Assembly (NCBI GenBank): GCA_964388035.1
Contig: CAYLZE010000053.1
Span: 1-32,158, forward strand
Direction: 5' to 3'
DNA length: 32,158 nucleotides
DNA from: an uncultured archaeon
GTDB lineage: Archaea > Asgardarchaeota > Lokiarchaeia > Sigyniarchaeales > SOKP01
Part shown: piece by piece, positions 28,611 to 32,158 of the stretch
How positions within the stretch are numbered: position 1 is the first letter of the stretch
How the letters are laid out: every line of letters begins with the position of its first letter
The notes under the pieces: model-generated
What the model was told of the DNA's origin: nothing
The model's input: the letters and a program-made list of their open reading frames with translations, nothing else
Database searches by the model: none
Program-made: the position numbers and the translations under genes

Positions 28611-30737
28611 TTAGAATACAAAGAATCCTGCGCCCGTATTGAACAATAATAAAAATCCTAGAAAGATCGTAGAAGTAAGAGACATCACCACTAAGAGTGT
28701 ATTAATACTAGGTCCTGCGGTGTCTTTGAACGGATCGCCAACGGTATCTCCCGTGATGACTGCTCTATGAATGGGAGTACCCTTTCCTCCGAGGTTGCCA
28801 TCTTCTATCCACTTTTTAGCGTTATCCCAAGCTCCTCCCGCATTGCTCATCATGATAGCAAAAACGAATCCGCTTAAAATCGAACCCGCCAAGAAAGCTC
28901 CTAAAGCATCCACACCTAAAAGTACTCCTACCACAATCGGGATAGCAATGGAAATTATACTCGGTACAACTAATTCATGTAACGAGCCTTTAGTCGCAAT
29001 CGCAATGCATTTGTTGAAGTCTGCGGCTTCTTCTCCTTTAAGGATCTTAGGATTCTCTTCGAATTGTCGTCGGATTTCATCAACCATTTTCGCAGCATTT
29101 CTTTGAACAGCGAGGATTAATAGAGCGGAAAAAAGAGCAGGAACGACAACACCAATGAAAGCGCCAATTAGAACTTTAACTTGAAGAAGGTCCACTACTT
29201 CGATGGTTCCAGGTGATTCTAAGTTAACTTCTGACTTGAAAGAAAAGAGTAAAGCTAAGACCGTTAGATTGGCAGCGCCAATGGCAAATCCTTTCGTAAT
29301 AGCTTTCGCGGTATTCCCTGCAGAGTCCAGTCTATCTGCTTGACTAATGACATCCTCACCCAATTCTCCTTGTTCTGCAATACTCCGAGCATTATCCACG
29401 ATTGGTCCGTAAGCATCATTAGATACGATGGTACCTACGATAGATAGCATGCCAACGGCAGCAATGGCGACTCCTAATATTCCACTTAATACATATGCGA
29501 TAGCCATTGCGACCACAATGCCAATTGCAGGTGGTACCACGCTCAATAACCCGTATGAAAAACCACTTAGAATAACAACAGCATCTCCTTCTTTAGCAGC
29601 ATTTGCTATGGTTTGGGTGGGTTTTCGATCGTCTCTCGTGAAATAATCGCTAGTAAACCCAATCACGATCCCTGAAAAAAGACCAATTACAGAAGAAAGC
29701 CAAAGGTTCCATAATTCTCGAGCGGCTAAAGCATTAGTAATATCAAGGGTAACTAACAAGGTAAATAAGGCAGATAATCCCGCAAAAATTACAGTTGCTA
29801 AATAGGTTCCGGAATTCAACGATTTGCCCGGATCTTCCGATCCCTTCCACTTGATTACAAAAATTCCAATCAAAGATGCGATTAAACCGACTCCGCATAA
29901 AAGAATGGGATAAATAACAAAGTAATATCTTGTTTCCAAATCTATATTAAAGCGTGCGAATGCTATTGATGCTGCTAATAGCATCGCAGCTACAATAGAA
30001 GCAACATAGGAATCAAAAAGATCGCTGCCCATCCCTGCGATATCCCCGACATTATCACCTACATTATCTGCGATAGTTGCAGGATTTCTTGAATCATCCT
30101 CGGGAAGATTATATTCAGCTTTTCCAACCAAATCCGCTCCAACATCAGCGGTTTTAGTATAAATACCTCCCCCGCATTTCATGAATAAAGCTACACTACT
30201 CGCACCAAAACTGAATCCTAATATGATGTTAGGATCTGGTATGATCCAATAGAGAATGGATATTCCAATTAATGCAATTCCGACGACAGCTAAACCCATA
30301 ACAGATCCGCCAAAAAAGGCAATATCAAATCCTTTTTTCGTTCCTACAGAACAGCCTTGTGCAGCGCGCGTGTTTGCTTTCACGCCCACATACATCCCCA
30401 TATAACCGGCAAACATCGAGCCAACAGAACCGATAACGTAAGCCACCATTTGTTCCCAATTTAAAGCATCGGGAAATAATCGGGTATAAGTGTCACTTTC
30501 TCTTAAGGGAGAAGGCAGGAATAATAATGCTATTGCCAATACAACAACGAATATACCTAACACTTTATATTGAACACTTAAAAACGTTTTAGCACCCGAT
30601 TCGATATATCCCGCAACTTCTATCATCTTTTCATTTCCGGGGTCTTCTTTTAATACCAGAGATCTAAGATACACCGCAAATAGAATTGAGACAACACCAG
30701 TAACTAAACAAACAATTAAAAATGTTACGAAACTCAT
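28611..30737 (-). CDS. hppA: Membrane-bound ion-translocating pyrophosphatase, K+-independent signature
   Basis: GGGIYTKTADVGADLVGKAE, DNVGDNVGD, DAYGPIVDNA, GNTAKAITKG, GGAWDNAKK and GDTVGDPFKDTAGP motifs. Confidence 0.97.
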   Translation of the reverse strand: MSFVTFLIVCLVTGVVSILFAVYLRSLVLKEDPGNEKMIEVAGYIESGAKTFLSVQYKVLGIFVVVLAIALLFLPSPLRESDTYTRLFPDALNWEQMVAYVIGSVGSMFAGYMGMYVGVKANTRAAQGCSVGTKKGFDIAFFGGSVMGLAVVGIALIGISILYWIIPDPNIILGFSFGASSVALFMKCGGGIYTKTADVGADLVGKAEYNLPEDDSRNPATIADNVGDNVGDIAGMGSDLFDSYVASIVAAMLLAASIAFARFNIDLETRYYFVIYPILLCGVGLIASLIGIFVIKWKGSEDPGKSLNSGTYLATVIFAGLSALFTLLVTLDITNALAARELWNLWLSSVIGLFSGIVIGFTSDYFTRDDRKPTQTIANAAKEGDAVVILSGFSYGLLSVVPPAIGIVVAMAIAYVLSGILGVAIAAVGMLSIVGTIVSNDAYGPIVDNARSIAEQGELGEDVISQADRLDSAGNTAKAITKGFAIGAANLTVLALLFSFKSEVNLESPGTIEVVDLLQVKVLIGAFIGVVVPALFSALLILAVQRNAAKMVDEIRRQFEENPKILKGEEAADFNKCIAIATKGSLHELVVPSIISIAIPIVVGVLLGVDALGAFLAGSILSGFVFAIMMSNAGGAWDNAKKWIEDGNLGGKGTPIHRAVITGDTVGDPFKDTAGPSINTLLVVMSLTSTIFLGFLLLFNTGAGFFVF

Positions 30738-30779
30738 TTTTTTTACACGTTTTTCTTGCTTTTTAAATATAGTTCTTTA

Positions 30780-30800
30780 ATGCAATTTCTTGAATTGCAT
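30780..30800. promoter_or_regulatory. Inverted repeat ATGCAATT-N5-AATTGCAT, candidate operator upstream of hppA
   Basis: Perfect 8-bp arms, 43-63 nt upstream of the hppA start codon. Confidence 0.45.
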
Positions 30801-30999
30801 GATGTTGATCTCCTCTAATTAATGTTAATATAAAAAGAATTTGAATAATGAGGAATTAAAAAGTAAAGGTACCTGCCAAATTACTTAGTTCCCGATTATG
30901 AAAAAGTGAAAATTCTTTGATTTAATGTCACATGTTTTTCTAATTTCTAGACATTTACGATCATTTAATTGAAAGGTTCATCCAAATTTGACGATTATC

Positions 31000-31185
31000 T
31001 CAAGTTAAATTGCCATTTAGTTTAGACGTAGGTACTTGATAACTTATTGTTTGTTCAGCATCAGGGGTAGATTCTTGATTTGTCTTTCTTAATTTTTGCA
31101 AGATTTCCTGAACATTTTCAGGAAATGTTGCATTATATTTATCAATGCTATTAATTTTTCCTTTAGACTTGGACATTTGATTCAT
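31000..31185 (-). pseudogene. Truncated DUF1801 (YdhG-like) protein, N-terminal half only
   Basis: SIDKYNATFPENVQEILQKLRKTNQESTPDAEQTISYQVPTSKLNGNL matches the family N-terminus, but it stops where HFAA..HIGFY would be expected and no continuation is seen. Confidence 0.72.
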
Positions 31186-31306
31186 TAACTGATCTTGCTA
31201 TTTAAAGTGATAGATTAATAAATAAAAATTCATGCCCATCCTCGGAGTTTTCTAAAAAGCTTTTTAAAAATTTTTACTTCATTTTCCATAATCTTTTAAA
31301 TGAAAA

Positions 31307-32149
31307 TTAAGTCTTTTCACCTTCTTTGTCTTTTTTATCCTTTCGCTTTTCAACCATTTTTTGCTGCTCCACGATAACGTTACTGATAAATTGAGTTGAC
31401 GTATAGGCAGATTCAGTCTCTCCGAGAGTCAGATCCTTTAAATCTGCTTTGAGCTCTTCAGCCTCTTTCGATGAAAATGACATTTCAGACATTATATAAT
31501 CCTTAGCACTGGCCTTATGCCTTGAAGTTCGTAACTCAGCTCGTTGTAAATAATAATGGCTCGTCATGTGCAAAACGGTTCCCCCATATCCGTAATGGAA
31601 TAGGATAACTATAGGTGCTTCTCCATATTTTACCTGCATTTCCTTACTGGTAACTAAAACTTTGACTTTTTCTTTATCAACAATAATGATTGGATATGAA
31701 GAGGATTCTAACCACCAAATAGGATCTGCTTCCCCTTCAAATAACCCTTGTAGAAATTTATTGGTCTTATCCACCACTTCGACTCTCACGCAATCATCCC
31801 CGGTTGGTCTCTGATTGAACTTTACATATTCGGGAAAGATTTTCTCCAAAACATTAAGCAAGGCCCAGTCCGTAGTGAATAGGAATCCTCCATGAGTTAC
31901 AAACTCTTTAATTTTCGTTAATCCCTCGTTAGAAACATAGCCCGGACAATTAATAATTAACATCTGATTGGGATTTAAAACTACATGAGGCATATCTTCG
32001 GGGTGAATAAGTACAAAGGGAATTTTTAATAGATCCAAAACCATTTCAATTTTATCATACATGCCAGCAACAATGATAATTGAAGAGTCTTTAACTTTTT
32101 TTAATATTTCAAAATCTTGAGCTCTTTCTTTTAGCATCCTTTTTTCCAT
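31307..32149 (-). CDS. Hypothetical protein, possible class I glutamine amidotransferase-like fold; may be 5'-truncated
   Basis: 280-aa ORF with G.YD.IE.VL, INCPG and IKEFVTHGGFLFTTDWAL. The frame stays open to the window end. Confidence 0.7.
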   Translation of the reverse strand: MEKRMLKERAQDFEILKKVKDSSIIIVAGMYDKIEMVLDLLKIPFVLIHPEDMPHVVLNPNQMLIINCPGYVSNEGLTKIKEFVTHGGFLFTTDWALLNVLEKIFPEYVKFNQRPTGDDCVRVEVVDKTNKFLQGLFEGEADPIWWLESSSYPIIIVDKEKVKVLVTSKEMQVKYGEAPIVILFHYGYGGTVLHMTSHYYLQRAELRTSRHKASAKDYIMSEMSFSSKEAEELKADLKDLTLGETESAYTSTQFISNVIVEQQKMVEKRKDKKDKEGEKT

Positions 32150-32158
32150 TATCTTAGA

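Noticed and set aside
1-32158. Selenocysteine-type UGA readthrough
   Set aside because: The UGA-ending genes appear complete for their families, and I saw no UGA at a conserved Cys position and no convincing SECIS element.

Overview
AT-rich archaeal chromosomal segment, most consistent with an Asgard (Lokiarchaeia/Promethearchaeota-like) genome. This is inferred from the archaeal-type DnaK signature, HTH-10 regulator, geranylgeranyl reductase, THEP1 NTPase, ADP-forming acyl-CoA ligase alpha subunit, paralogous GPH-family MFS transporters and a type A archaeal RNase P RNA. The left half holds a partial Fe-S protein, a regulator, a radical SAM enzyme, dnaK and dnaJ (about 4 kb apart, no grpE) and assorted metabolic genes. 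The ORF track misses three things: a complete RNase P RNA gene (18231-18546, minus strand), a 37-aa four-cysteine metal-binding microprotein, and the distal half of a frameshifted EamA remnant (one of three gene remnants). The main candidate for an undescribed system lies at about 16.1-28.4 kb. There, four hydrolases from three different folds (M19 dipeptidase, D-aminoacylase, DmpA, Pab87-like S12 peptidase), each from a family known to act on D-amino-acid substrates, lie on one strand with an ornithine cyclodeaminase/alanine dehydrogenase and a GNAT, interleaved with two transporter paralogs. This suggests a D-amino-acid / peptidoglycan-peptide scavenging locus. No CRISPR array, tRNA, rRNA or intact mobile element was seen. 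All product calls come from motif recognition, not database searches.
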